Position numbers and translations under genes: made by a program | Notes under the pieces: model-generated | Told to the model about the DNA's origin: nothing | Database searches by the model: none | The model's input: the letters and a program-made list of their open reading frames with translations, nothing else | Source of the DNA: Polyangiales bacterium | Lineage (GTDB): Bacteria; Myxococcota_A; Polyangia; Polyangiales; JADJQN01 | NCBI GenBank assembly: GCA_964202905.1 | Contig: CAXNJO010000001.1 | Location: 96,001-160,000 of the forward strand | Direction: 5' to 3' | Length of the DNA: 64,000 bases | Shown: positions 22,630-31,332 of the stretch, piece after piece | How the letters are laid out: each line of letters starts with the position of its first letter | Numbering within the stretch: the stretch's first letter is position 1

Positions 22630-23487
22630 TCACGCGGCGGCGGCGCGCTTCTTCCCGAAGACGAACGCCAGCAGCACGCTGAAGTAGTAGAGGACGATCA
22701 GCGGCACGAGCATCGTGATCTGCGAGCCGACGTCCGGCGGCGTGAGCACGGCCGCGAGCACCGCGGCGATCACGATGAACCAGCGCCCGAAGCGCAGCAG
22801 CTGCTTCCAGTCGACGACCCCGGTGACCGCGAGGAAGGTCACGACCACGGGGACCTCGAAGACCACACCGAACGCGAGCAGCATCTGCGTGGTGAAGTCG
22901 AGGTACTCGGACATCGTGATCGACGGCGTGATGCGCACGCCCGCCATCGGCAGCATCTCGCTGAACCCGAGGAAGGTCTCGAACGCCGAGGGAAACACCG
23001 CGTAGTAGCCGAACACCGCGCCGCCGAGGAAGCACAGCGTCGAGAAGAGGACGAAGGGGATCGCGTAGCGCTTCTCCTTCGCGTAGAGGCCCGGCGACAC
23101 GAACGCCCACGCCTGCCAGAAGACCCACGGCGACGACGCGAGGAAGCCCACGAAGATCGCGAGCTTCATGTAGACGACGAAGGCGTCCGCGGGGCTGAGG
23201 AAGTGCAGGCCGCTCGCGGGCAGCGCGAGCTTGCGGATCGCACGACCGAGCGGGATCGCCAGGAAGTCGAGCAGCGGGACGCGAAACACCCACGCGAGCG
23301 CGACCGCGGGCACGAACACATAGGTCGAGCGGATGAGCCGAACGCGCAGCTCGTCGAGGTGGTCGAAGAACGACATCTGCACGTCGTCCTCGGGCTGCGT
23401 CGGCGCGTCGTCGGCGACGTCGGCGCCGTCGGGCGGCGGCTCAGGTGGGGGCGCGGCGGGCGCGAGCAGCGGGCGCGGGCGTCCCAT
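22630..23487 (-). CDS. tatC: Twin-arginine translocase subunit TatC
   Basis: MSFFDHLDELRVRLI, WAFVSPGLYAKEKR, FGVVFEVP, LTPPD; true start could be the internal Met. Confidence 0.95.
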   Translation of the reverse strand: MGRPRPLLAPAAPPPEPPPDGADVADDAPTQPEDDVQMSFFDHLDELRVRLIRSTYVFVPAVALAWVFRVPLLDFLAIPLGRAIRKLALPASGLHFLSPADAFVVYMKLAIFVGFLASSPWVFWQAWAFVSPGLYAKEKRYAIPFVLFSTLCFLGGAVFGYYAVFPSAFETFLGFSEMLPMAGVRITPSITMSEYLDFTTQMLLAFGVVFEVPVVVTFLAVTGVVDWKQLLRFGRWFIVIAAVLAAVLTPPDVGSQITMLVPLIVLYYFSVLLAFVFGKKRAAAA

Positions 23488-23490
23488 GCG

Positions 23491-23871
23491 TCAGGCCCCC
23501 ACCTCGGGCGTCGCCGTGCGGCGCGCCTCGGCGATGTCGACGCCCTCGGACGGATACTCCTCGCGCCGTTGCGCGGCGGGGACGGGGGTCGTCGTGCCCG
23601 GGGCCGAGGCGGCGACGGCGGCTGCCGCGGCGCGCGGCGCGGCGACGTCGGGACGCACGCGCGGCGGCACGCGGCGCATCGGGTTCGCGAGGTCCTCGTC
23701 GGCGAGCAGCTCGTCGAGCCCGACCTGCGCGCGCAGCTCGCGCGTGGCCTTGCGGAACTCGCGCATCGCCCGGCCCACCGACTTCATCATCACGGGCATG
23801 CGCCGCGGCCCGACCGCCACGAGCAGCAGCACACCGATGACCACGAATTCGCCGAAGCCGATCCCGAACAT
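23491..23871 (-). CDS. tatB: Twin-arginine translocase subunit TatB
   Basis: MFGIGFGEFVVIGVLLLVAVGPRRMP plus amphipathic helix, directly upstream of tatC. Confidence 0.88.
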   Translation of the reverse strand: MFGIGFGEFVVIGVLLLVAVGPRRMPVMMKSVGRAMREFRKATRELRAQVGLDELLADEDLANPMRRVPPRVRPDVAAPRAAAAAVAASAPGTTTPVPAAQRREEYPSEGVDIAEARRTATPEVGA

Positions 23872-23919
23872 GTCGTCCGCGGAGGGGTAGCACCGCCCGC
23901 GCCCGCACGGTACGCGCGC

Positions 23920-23970
23920 CGGCACGCCTCACGCGGCGGGGCCCACGGCACGCCTCACGCGGCGGGGCCC
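23920..23970. repeat. 25-bp exact tandem duplication covering the MCP stop codon
   Basis: CGGCACGCCTCACGCGGCGGGGCCC at 23920-23944 and 23946-23970. Confidence 0.85.
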
Positions 23971-25664
23971 GACGACGAGCCGAGCATCTTCTTCAACCGC
24001 TCGGCGGCGCCGGCGAGCGCGCGGAGTTGCCGCTCGTTCGCCCGCGTGACGGCCTGGATGCGCTGCGCGGCCTCCAGCGTCTGCTCGCCGCCGCGTGACT
24101 GAGCGCGTTGTGCGCCGTGGAGCTGCTGGACCATGCCGGTGATGTTGTCCATGGCCTGCGTGATCTGCCGCCCGCCGCGCGCCTGCTCCTGCGCGCTGCG
24201 CTCCACCTGCTGCGTGATCTGCCGCATCTTCTCGGCGCCCTTCATGATCAGCTCGGAGCCACGCGCCTGCTCGGAGGTCGCGGCGGCGATCTGCTGGACG
24301 GTCTCGGCGATGCGGCCGATCGAGTCCGTCACGTGCTTGCTGCCGCGCGCCTGCTCGACGGTCGCGCGGGCGATCGCGCGGACCATGTTCGTCGACTTCT
24401 GGGACGAGTCGAGGATCTTCTTGAGGGCGCGCTCGGCGTCGGCGCTCACCTCCACCCCGCGATCGACCGTGTGCGCGCCGCGCTCGACGGCGGCGATGGC
24501 GTTCTTCGACTCGGCCTGGATGGTCTTGATGAGGTCGGCGATCTCGCGGGTCGAGCTGCCGGCGCGCTCGGCGAGGTCCTTGATCTCGTCGGCGACGACC
24601 GCGAAGCCCTTGCCGTGCTCGCCCGCCTGCGCCGCGATGATCGCGGCGTTCAGCGCGAGGAGGTTCGTCTGCTCGGCGACGTCGTCGATGACGTTGAGAA
24701 TGTCGCCGATGGCCTCGATGCGGCTCCCGAGCGAGGCGATGACGGACGCCGCATCGCTCGCCGTGTCCTTGATGCGGTTGATCTCCGCGATGGTCTTGAG
24801 GATCGCGTCCGCGCCGCGTTCGGCGTCGACCGTGACCTCTTCGGAGAGCCGCGCCGTCTCGTTCGCGTTCGTCTGCACCTGTTCGATGGAGACGTTCATC
24901 GCGTGCATCGAGGCGTTGGTCTCCTCGGCCGTCAGCGAGAGTTCGTCGACGTTCCGCGCGACCTCCTTGGTCGAGTAGGACATCTCCTCGATCGAGCCGA
25001 CCGTCTCTCGGACGCTCGCGGCGAGGTGGGCCATGTTCTCCGACACGGCGTCGTTCACGGCGGTCATCGCCACGATCGACGTGGACGACTGCTCCGCGCT
25101 CGCGGCGAGCGCCTCGACGTGGACCGCCATCTGTCGGTGCGCCGCGGCGACTTCCGTCGTCGAGCGCGTCGTCTGATCGACGGCCGCGAGCTGCTCGTCG
25201 ACGCCGGCGGCGAGCTCGACGAGCTGCGTGGTCAACGTCTGCTCCGCGCTCCCCGCCTCGAAGAGCAGGCCGCGCCCACGCTCGCGCTGCGTCGAGAGCT
25301 CGGCGCGGAGCGCATCCGCCTCACGGCGCGCATCGACGGCGGAGTCGCTCGCGCGGCGCAGCTCGACGGCCGTCGCGTCGAGGGCGTCGAAGACGTCGGC
25401 CAGCTCCCCCCGCGCGTCGAGCGGACGCTGCGGACGGTCCCCGCGCGCCGCGACCCGCACGGCGTCGCGCAGCGCGGCGAGCGACTGGCTGCCGCCGGTG
25501 GCGCCGCTCATCGCGACGACGCCGCCCAGCAGCCCACCGGCGAGGGCGAGCGCGACGACCGCGTGCAACTCGAGCTGCGGAAACCACAGCGCCGCGCCGG
25601 CGCCGAGGGCGGCGACGAGGACACCCGGTAGGAGCGTGGGGCTTCTCTGGAGGCGCGCGAACAT
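23955..25664 (-). CDS. Methyl-accepting chemotaxis protein lacking a periplasmic sensor domain
   Basis: Two adjacent N-terminal TM helices; hairpin tip [40 protein letters not shown]; long heptad arms. Confidence 0.93.
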   Translation of the reverse strand: MFARLQRSPTLLPGVLVAALGAGAALWFPQLELHAVVALALAGGLLGGVVAMSGATGGSQSLAALRDAVRVAARGDRPQRPLDARGELADVFDALDATAVELRRASDSAVDARREADALRAELSTQRERGRGLLFEAGSAEQTLTTQLVELAAGVDEQLAAVDQTTRSTTEVAAAHRQMAVHVEALAASAEQSSTSIVAMTAVNDAVSENMAHLAASVRETVGSIEEMSYSTKEVARNVDELSLTAEETNASMHAMNVSIEQVQTNANETARLSEEVTVDAERGADAILKTIAEINRIKDTASDAASVIASLGSRIEAIGDILNVIDDVAEQTNLLALNAAIIAAQAGEHGKGFAVVADEIKDLAERAGSSTREIADLIKTIQAESKNAIAAVERGAHTVDRGVEVSADAERALKKILDSSQKSTNMVRAIARATVEQARGSKHVTDSIGRIAETVQQIAAATSEQARGSELIMKGAEKMRQITQQVERSAQEQARGGRQITQAMDNITGMVQQLHGAQRAQSRGGEQTLEAAQRIQAVTRANERQLRALAGAAERLKKMLGSSSGPAA

Positions 25665-25768
25665 GGACCTCTCGCGGCCGCGCTACGTCGGTCGCGGGGC
25701 GAGAGTAGTGGCCGGGCGCCGAAGTTCCAAGTGCGAGCGCGCGCCCGCACCGTCGCGTGACGCCGGCT

Positions 25769-25796
25769 CGATGCGTCCATGCGCACAGACGCATCG
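25769..25796. promoter_or_regulatory. Palindrome upstream of the MCP gene, related to the 5263 element
   Basis: CGATGCGTC-N10-GACGCATCG. Confidence 0.45.
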
Positions 25797-25839
25797 TCGT
25801 CAGGTGCGCGGGACGGGGCGACGCGCGATCCGGCGCGGC

Positions 25840-26976
25840 TCAGTGCGCACGCGCGACGGCGGCGCGGTCCGAGGCGTCATCGAGCGGGCGGAGCGCGTCG
25901 GCGACGCACGCAGCGTCACCTTCGAGCCCGCACACGCGCGCCAGCAGCGCCCGTGCTTCGGCGAGCGAGGGGCGGAGGCGCACGGCCTGCGCCGCGTGGT
26001 GACGCGCCGCGCGCCCGTCGTCGCGGGCGAGCGCGACGACCGCGGCTGCGTAGTGCACGGCCGGGTCGCGATCGTCGCGGCGCAGGAGCGCAGCGACGAG
26101 GGCGCCGGCTTCGGCGTGCCGCCCGCGCAGCGCCTCGACGGGGGCGAGCCGGAGCTGTGCCTCGGTGGCGAGCGCGCTCCGGGCGGCGGCGATCGAGAGG
26201 TCGGCGGCGGCGCCCTCGAAGTCGCCGCGCTGGGCGCGCGCCGCGCCGCGGACGAGCCGGGGCGAGGCCGCTTCGGGATCCACGGAGAGCGCCCGCGCCG
26301 CGCGACCTTCGGCGGCGCGGGGACGCCCGAGCCGGAGGTCGCACCACGCGAGGACGCCCGCGGCTTCCGCGTCGTCGGGGGTCAGCTCGAGCAGCCGCAG
26401 CAGGTGCGCGCGGGCCTCCCTGGGGCGTCCGGTGCGGGCCAGCAGGAAGCCGAGGTTGCGGCGGGCGCCCGTCTGACCCGGCTCGATCGCGAGCGCGGCC
26501 TCGAAGTCGCGGCGGGCCTCCGCGAGATGCGCGGCGTCGTGCTCCCCGAGGCGCTCGTGGACGACGCCGAGATCGCCCCAGGCGATCGCGAGCTCCGGGT
26601 CGAGCGAGACGGCCGTGCGGAGCGCGCGCTCGGCGTCGTGGAGGCGGCCGCGCGCGAGCGCGACGAGCCCGAGGTTCGCGTGGGCCTCGGCGAAGTCGGG
26701 GTTGTACTCGAGCGCGAGGCGGAGGCGCGCCTCCGCCTCGTCGAGGCGGCCTGCGACGAGGTGCGCGGCGCCGGCGCGGTCATGCTCGAGGGCGACGCGG
26801 GGGACGGGCGCGGCGCCGCACGCGGCGAGACCCGCGGCGAGACCCGCGGCGGCGCCCGCGGCGGCGCCCGCGGCGAGATACGTGGCGAGACACGTGGCGA
26901 GGCCGCGTTGGCGCGCGGCGCGCGCGCAGCAATGGAGCGCCCCCCGGAGGGGGCGCTTGGAGAGAGAGGCGAACAC
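25840..26976 (-). CDS. TPR-repeat protein, probable lipoprotein (start uncertain)
   Basis: LAAC lipobox-like; repeats ALEYNPDFAEAHANLG, AVSLDPELAIAWGDLG, ALAIEPGQTGARRNLG. Confidence 0.8.
   Translation of the reverse strand: MFASLSKRPLRGALHCCARAARQRGLATCLATYLAAGAAAGAAAGLAAGLAACGAAPVPRVALEHDRAGAAHLVAGRLDEAEARLRLALEYNPDFAEAHANLGLVALARGRLHDAERALRTAVSLDPELAIAWGDLGVVHERLGEHDAAHLAEARRDFEAALAIEPGQTGARRNLGFLLARTGRPREARAHLLRLLELTPDDAEAAGVLAWCDLRLGRPRAAEGRAARALSVDPEAASPRLVRGAARAQRGDFEGAAADLSIAAARSALATEAQLRLAPVEALRGRHAEAGALVAALLRRDDRDPAVHYAAAVVALARDDGRAARHHAAQAVRLRPSLAEARALLARVCGLEGDAACVADALRPLDDASDRAAVARAH
26821..26904. repeat. Seven 12-bp tandem units encoding the signal-peptide region of the TPR lipoprotein
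   Basis: CGYGGCGRSRYM units at 12-bp period. Confidence 0.8.
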
Positions 26977-27012
26977 GGGGGCTCCGGGCGAAGGGGGCGG
27001 CGAGCGCCGGCC

Positions 27013-30000
27013 TTATCGCGGCGCAGCGACGCGGGTTGCGGGTGGCGTCTCGGAGGCCGCGGTGACGGGCTGCTCGACGAGGGTCCCGTCGGCGCCGAGG
27101 CGGTAGCGGCGCGCGCGCGTCTCCCGCGTGAGCTGCACCCGCGCGGTGACGACGCGCGGCGACGGCGTACCGGGCGCGCTCACGAGGAGCAGCTCGGCGT
27201 CGACCGGACGCAGCGCGTCGCGATCGGCGCGGCGCACCTCGAAGAGATAGTCGCCCTCCTCGCGCTCGCGCACGCGGATCGCCTCGATGCCGAAGGCGGG
27301 ACCGCTCGCCGTCGCGGGCTCCCAGGCCACGTCCACGGCCGTGCTCGGGAAGCGCGCGTGCAACGTCGGCGCGTCGTCCGGGTGGTCCCAGGTCAGCGCG
27401 ACGAAGAGCGCCGGCGGATCACGGAGCGCACCGGCCCCGCGCTCGCGCTCGCGGAGCTGGGCGAGGCGCGTCGCGTCGGGGCCGGCCGCGCGCAACCGCG
27501 CCAGCCGCACGAGCGTCCAGAGCCGCGCGAGGCCGGCGGCGCCCGCGTCGACGCCCGACTCGACCGTCTCGGCGAGGCGCTGCTCGAGGCGCAGGGCCTC
27601 GTCGAGGCGCCCCGCGTCCGCGGCCGCGCGCGCGAGCAGGAGCATGACGTCGCCGTCGTTCGGGCGGAGGCGCGCGAGCATCTGGTACTCGCGCAGCGCG
27701 TCATCCGCCCAGCCGTGCGCGCGGTAGAGATCACCGAGCCGCTGCCGCGCCCAGGGGTCGAGCGGGGCGAGCTCGACGACCTCGCTGAGCACACGCCGCG
27801 CCTCCTTCTCGTCGCCCTGACGCAGCCAGAACTCGCCGATCGCCGTACGCACGCGCGCGTCGGCGAACGGGTCGGCGCGGAGCGCGCGGGCGAGCCGCTT
27901 CGCCTCGCCGAGCGCGCCCGTCTCCTCGAGGAGCGCGAGCAGCCGCAGCCGCAGATCGGTCTCGTCGGGTGCCACCTCGAGCCATCGCCGTACGAGCGCG
28001 AGACGCAGGGCAGGCGTCGGCTGCGCGCGGAAGAGCCGCGCGAAGAACGCCCAGTCGAGGGGCACCTCGAGGCCGAGGCCACGCCGCACCGCGTCCACCT
28101 CGGACGGCGTACGCACGCGGCGGAGAATCGCCTGCCGCAGGTACGTCGCGACCGCGCCGTCGCCACGCAGCGCCTGGTGGAGGCGGAGTTGCGCATCCAC
28201 CGAGCCCGCGTGCGCGAGGAGCTTGTCGAGGAGGGTGCGCCGGTCGCGCCAGGTCTCGAGCTCGCACGCGCCGAGCGCCTCGCGCCACACCGAGAGGGCG
28301 CCGTCGACGCCGGGGTTCGCGGCCAGTCGCTCGCGCCAGAGGGCCGCGCGCACCTCGAGGTCCTGGCCCGCAGCGTCGCTGCACCGGCGGCGCGTGCCGA
28401 GCGCGCGCGTCGGCAGGTCGAACGCGAAGACGTGCGAGACACGCACCACGCCCGCGGCGCCCGTCGCGGGGAAGCGCAGGCCGCGCACCTCGGTCAGCAC
28501 GCACGCGGAGAGCTCCGCGTCGCCGAGCGTGTCGCGCGCGACGTCGAGCTTCGCGACGCTGCCGCGGCCATCGACCTCGAGCGCGACGCCGAGCGCGCCC
28601 GCGAGGTCGGGACGCACGACCAGACGCCGATCGAAGCAGCCTTGCGGCCCACGCCCGCCGAGCGCGAGGACGCGCTGCACGGCCGCGGCGGCGAGGCCCC
28701 CGTCGCCTGCCCCGATCGGCGCCGCGTCGGTGGACGCGTCGTCGACGCTCGGGACGCGCGGCTGCCAGGTGGACTCCGGCAAGGACGCGGGCTCCGGTGC
28801 GGCGCGGCGTCCGCGTCGACGCCAGCCTTCACCGGCGCCGAGCGCGTCGACGTCGAGCGCAGCCCCGCCACCGCCGATTCCCCAAGCGATCTCAGAGGGA
28901 TCGACGTCGAAGCCGGTCACGGGCGGGTAGCCGGTCGGCGGCGCGGTCCCGACGACGAGCGACGTCCACGGCGTGACCATGTCGAAGCGGACGCCGAGCT
29001 CCACGAGGGCCTCGCGCCCCGCGTCCTCGTCGAGCAGATCGGCGAGACGCGCCGCGGCCCAGCGGCGTCGCACGTCGCCGCCGTCGTCGACGCTGCGCTT
29101 CTCGAGCTTCAGCGTGCGTTCGACGGGTTTCCCGTCGCGGACGCCACGCAGGGCGATCGACGCGGGGAGCGCACCGCGCAGCCGCCCGACGAGGCGTACG
29201 CGCCCGCCCTGCTCGACGACGAGCGGACCGCGCGGGTAGACGCGCTCGATGGTCGGACCCGCGTCGACGGTGACGCCGCGCAGCGTCGGGCGCGCCGCCT
29301 CCGCGAGCACGCCCATCACCGCGCGCGCGGCCTCGGTGCGCTCGCGCACGGGCGCGGCCTGCCCGCCGAAGAGGCCGCGGAGCAGGTCGACGTTGGCGCC
29401 GTCGCCCACGCCGAGCGCGAAGAAGCGCGGCGGCGCCTCGATCGCGGCGAGCGCGGCGCGCACCGCGCCCATGTCGACCGCGCCCGTCGTGGGGAGCCCG
29501 TCGCCGAGGTAGAGGACGGCGCCGCGGGGCTGGCCCGCGACGACGGTCGCCGCGTCCCGCAGCGCGCGCGCGAGGTCCGTCGCGCCGCCGGGCTCGACGC
29601 GTCCGAGCGCGCCGAGCATCGCCTCGGCGGTCGCGGGCGTCGCGGGCGACAGGCCGGGCGGCAGGCCCTGCGCGCCGTACGCGCCGACGTCGGCGAGCTG
29701 CAGGGCGAGCAGGTCGGTGGGCGCGAGCTGGCGCGTGACGGCCTCGACGACGCTGCGCGCGAGCTCGAGGTCCTCGGGCGCCGTGCCGCCGCTCACGTCG
29801 ACGAGCAGTACGAGCGCGAGGGGCGCGTCCGCGGGGGGCTCGGCGGCGTCGTCCGCGGGCACGTCGACGAGGACGAAGCGTTCGTCGCCCTCGGCGCCGC
29901 CGCGCCCGCCCGCGCCCGCCTCGACGACGTACGCGGACGCGATGTCCGCCGCCGGGGCCTTCGCGTCGATCAGGTCGAGGTGGAAGTCGGCGCGCGGCGC

Positions 30001-31332
30001 GAAATCGCTGCGGCGCAGCACGACCTTGCCGCCCTCGACGCGGGCGCCCATCCCGGCGCGCGTCGCGTGCGCCGCGGCACCGCGCAGGTCGACCTCGAGC
30101 ACGAACTCCCCGACGAGCGGCGGCGTGCCTTCGCCGGCCATCGGGTACACGTAGGTGCGCGTGTCGCCGCGCCGCGCGAGCCACTCGGTGTAGCGGAGCT
30201 TGATGCGCACGGTCGCGCCCGCCGCGACGGGAAACACACGCGCGCGCAAGCGATCCGGGCCGTCGTAGGCGAGCGAACTCAGCGGATACGACGAATCCGC
30301 CCACGCGAGCGCCTGCCCCGTCGAGGTCGCCAGCGGCGCGACGCGCGCATCGACCCAGCCGGAGCCGAGATCGACCGCGAAGCCCGCGACGGTCGCGCCG
30401 TGCGGCAGCCGCATGCGGTACTCGGCCTCGAGCGCGTCGCTGCGCGCGTTGAAGAAGGTCTGTTCGATCTCGGTGGTCGCGAGGTCTCCGTCGATCGCCA
30501 CGGCGACCGAGTGGCTGCGCACCGCGAGCGGCGTGCGTGCGACGCCGCGCTCGTCGAGGCGGCGCCCGGCGAGCACCGCGACGGCCGAGAGGCTCGTGCG
30601 CGAGCGGGGCGTCGGGTCCGCGAGGCCGCCCGTCCAGTCGTCCCAGAGCGCCTCGCCGGCGACGGTGGGCGCGCCGCGCGCGGGGAGCCGCGCCGTCTCG
30701 CCCTGCACGACGCGGCCCTCGCCGCCGCTCGCGCGGTACGTGAGTTCGCCCGACGCGCAGTAGACCTCGGCGCCCTGCGGCGTGCGCGACACGGCGAAGG
30801 TCGCGCCCTGCGCCACGAGCGTGCCCGAGCCCGTGTCGACGGTCGTCTCCTCGCTGCTGCGCGCGTCGATCCACACGCGGCCCGCGGCGAGCTCCAGCCG
30901 CGTCAGCGCGAGCGTCGCGGCGGCGCCGCGGTCGAAGAGCACCCACGCGCCGGTGTCCATCGTGACGCTGCCGCGCCCATCCGCGCCCGCCGACACCCTG
31001 GCGCCGTCTTCGACGCGCGCGGGACCACGCACGCGCTCACTCCGCCCGCCACGCTCGAGCGTGAACCCGCCGCGGATCACGCGCGCGAGGCCCACGGTGG
31101 GCGCCGGGTCGGACGCGTCGCCACACGCCGCGAGCGACGCGACGACGAGCGCGACGAGGCCCGCGACGGCGGACCGCCCGAGACGCGCGCGGGGCACCGA
31201 GGCGAGGCGCGGCGCAGCGGCATGGCGCGGCGCAGAGGCGAGGCGCGGCACAGCGGCATGGCGCGGCGCACGGGGAAGGCGCGGCGCGTCGGCGCGGCGC
31301 GCGGTTCGGACTCGTCCAGCGAGCGTCGTCAT
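27013..31332 (-). CDS. Lipoprotein: FecR-like, VIT, vWA, AgmX/PglI(TonB_C-like), TPR and C-terminal domain
   Basis: ATG overlaps upstream stop (TGATG); lipobox LAAC; VIT (LATTEIEQTFFN..LEAEYRMRLP), vWA (VDVSGG, GATDL, YLGDG), CFDRRLVVRPDLAG..CVLTEVRGLRFP, TPRs, VALTWDHPD. Confidence 0.85.
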   Translation of the reverse strand: MTTLAGRVRTARRADAPRLPRAPRHAAVPRLASAPRHAAAPRLASVPRARLGRSAVAGLVALVVASLAACGDASDPAPTVGLARVIRGGFTLERGGRSERVRGPARVEDGARVSAGADGRGSVTMDTGAWVLFDRGAAATLALTRLELAAGRVWIDARSSEETTVDTGSGTLVAQGATFAVSRTPQGAEVYCASGELTYRASGGEGRVVQGETARLPARGAPTVAGEALWDDWTGGLADPTPRSRTSLSAVAVLAGRRLDERGVARTPLAVRSHSVAVAIDGDLATTEIEQTFFNARSDALEAEYRMRLPHGATVAGFAVDLGSGWVDARVAPLATSTGQALAWADSSYPLSSLAYDGPDRLRARVFPVAAGATVRIKLRYTEWLARRGDTRTYVYPMAGEGTPPLVGEFVLEVDLRGAAAHATRAGMGARVEGGKVVLRRSDFAPRADFHLDLIDAKAPAADIASAYVVEAGAGGRGGAEGDERFVLVDVPADDAAEPPADAPLALVLLVDVSGGTAPEDLELARSVVEAVTRQLAPTDLLALQLADVGAYGAQGLPPGLSPATPATAEAMLGALGRVEPGGATDLARALRDAATVVAGQPRGAVLYLGDGLPTTGAVDMGAVRAALAAIEAPPRFFALGVGDGANVDLLRGLFGGQAAPVRERTEAARAVMGVLAEAARPTLRGVTVDAGPTIERVYPRGPLVVEQGGRVRLVGRLRGALPASIALRGVRDGKPVERTLKLEKRSVDDGGDVRRRWAAARLADLLDEDAGREALVELGVRFDMVTPWTSLVVGTAPPTGYPPVTGFDVDPSEIAWGIGGGGAALDVDALGAGEGWRRRGRRAAPEPASLPESTWQPRVPSVDDASTDAAPIGAGDGGLAAAAVQRVLALGGRGPQGCFDRRLVVRPDLAGALGVALEVDGRGSVAKLDVARDTLGDAELSACVLTEVRGLRFPATGAAGVVRVSHVFAFDLPTRALGTRRRCSDAAGQDLEVRAALWRERLAANPGVDGALSVWREALGACELETWRDRRTLLDKLLAHAGSVDAQLRLHQALRGDGAVATYLRQAILRRVRTPSEVDAVRRGLGLEVPLDWAFFARLFRAQPTPALRLALVRRWLEVAPDETDLRLRLLALLEETGALGEAKRLARALRADPFADARVRTAIGEFWLRQGDEKEARRVLSEVVELAPLDPWARQRLGDLYRAHGWADDALREYQMLARLRPNDGDVMLLLARAAADAGRLDEALRLEQRLAETVESGVDAGAAGLARLWTLVRLARLRAAGPDATRLAQLRERERGAGALRDPPALFVALTWDHPDDAPTLHARFPSTAVDVAWEPATASGPAFGIEAIRVREREEGDYLFEVRRADRDALRPVDAELLLVSAPGTPSPRVVTARVQLTRETRARRYRLGADGTLVEQPVTAASETPPATRVAAPR
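31199..31270. repeat. 36-bp tandem duplication (one mismatch) in the N-terminal leader of the VIT-vWA protein
   Basis: Encodes APRHAAVPRLAS/APRHAAAPRLAS on the minus strand. Confidence 0.8.

Noticed and set aside
22630..23871. tatBC without tatA as an anomaly
   Set aside because: tatA is often encoded elsewhere; cannot be judged from one window
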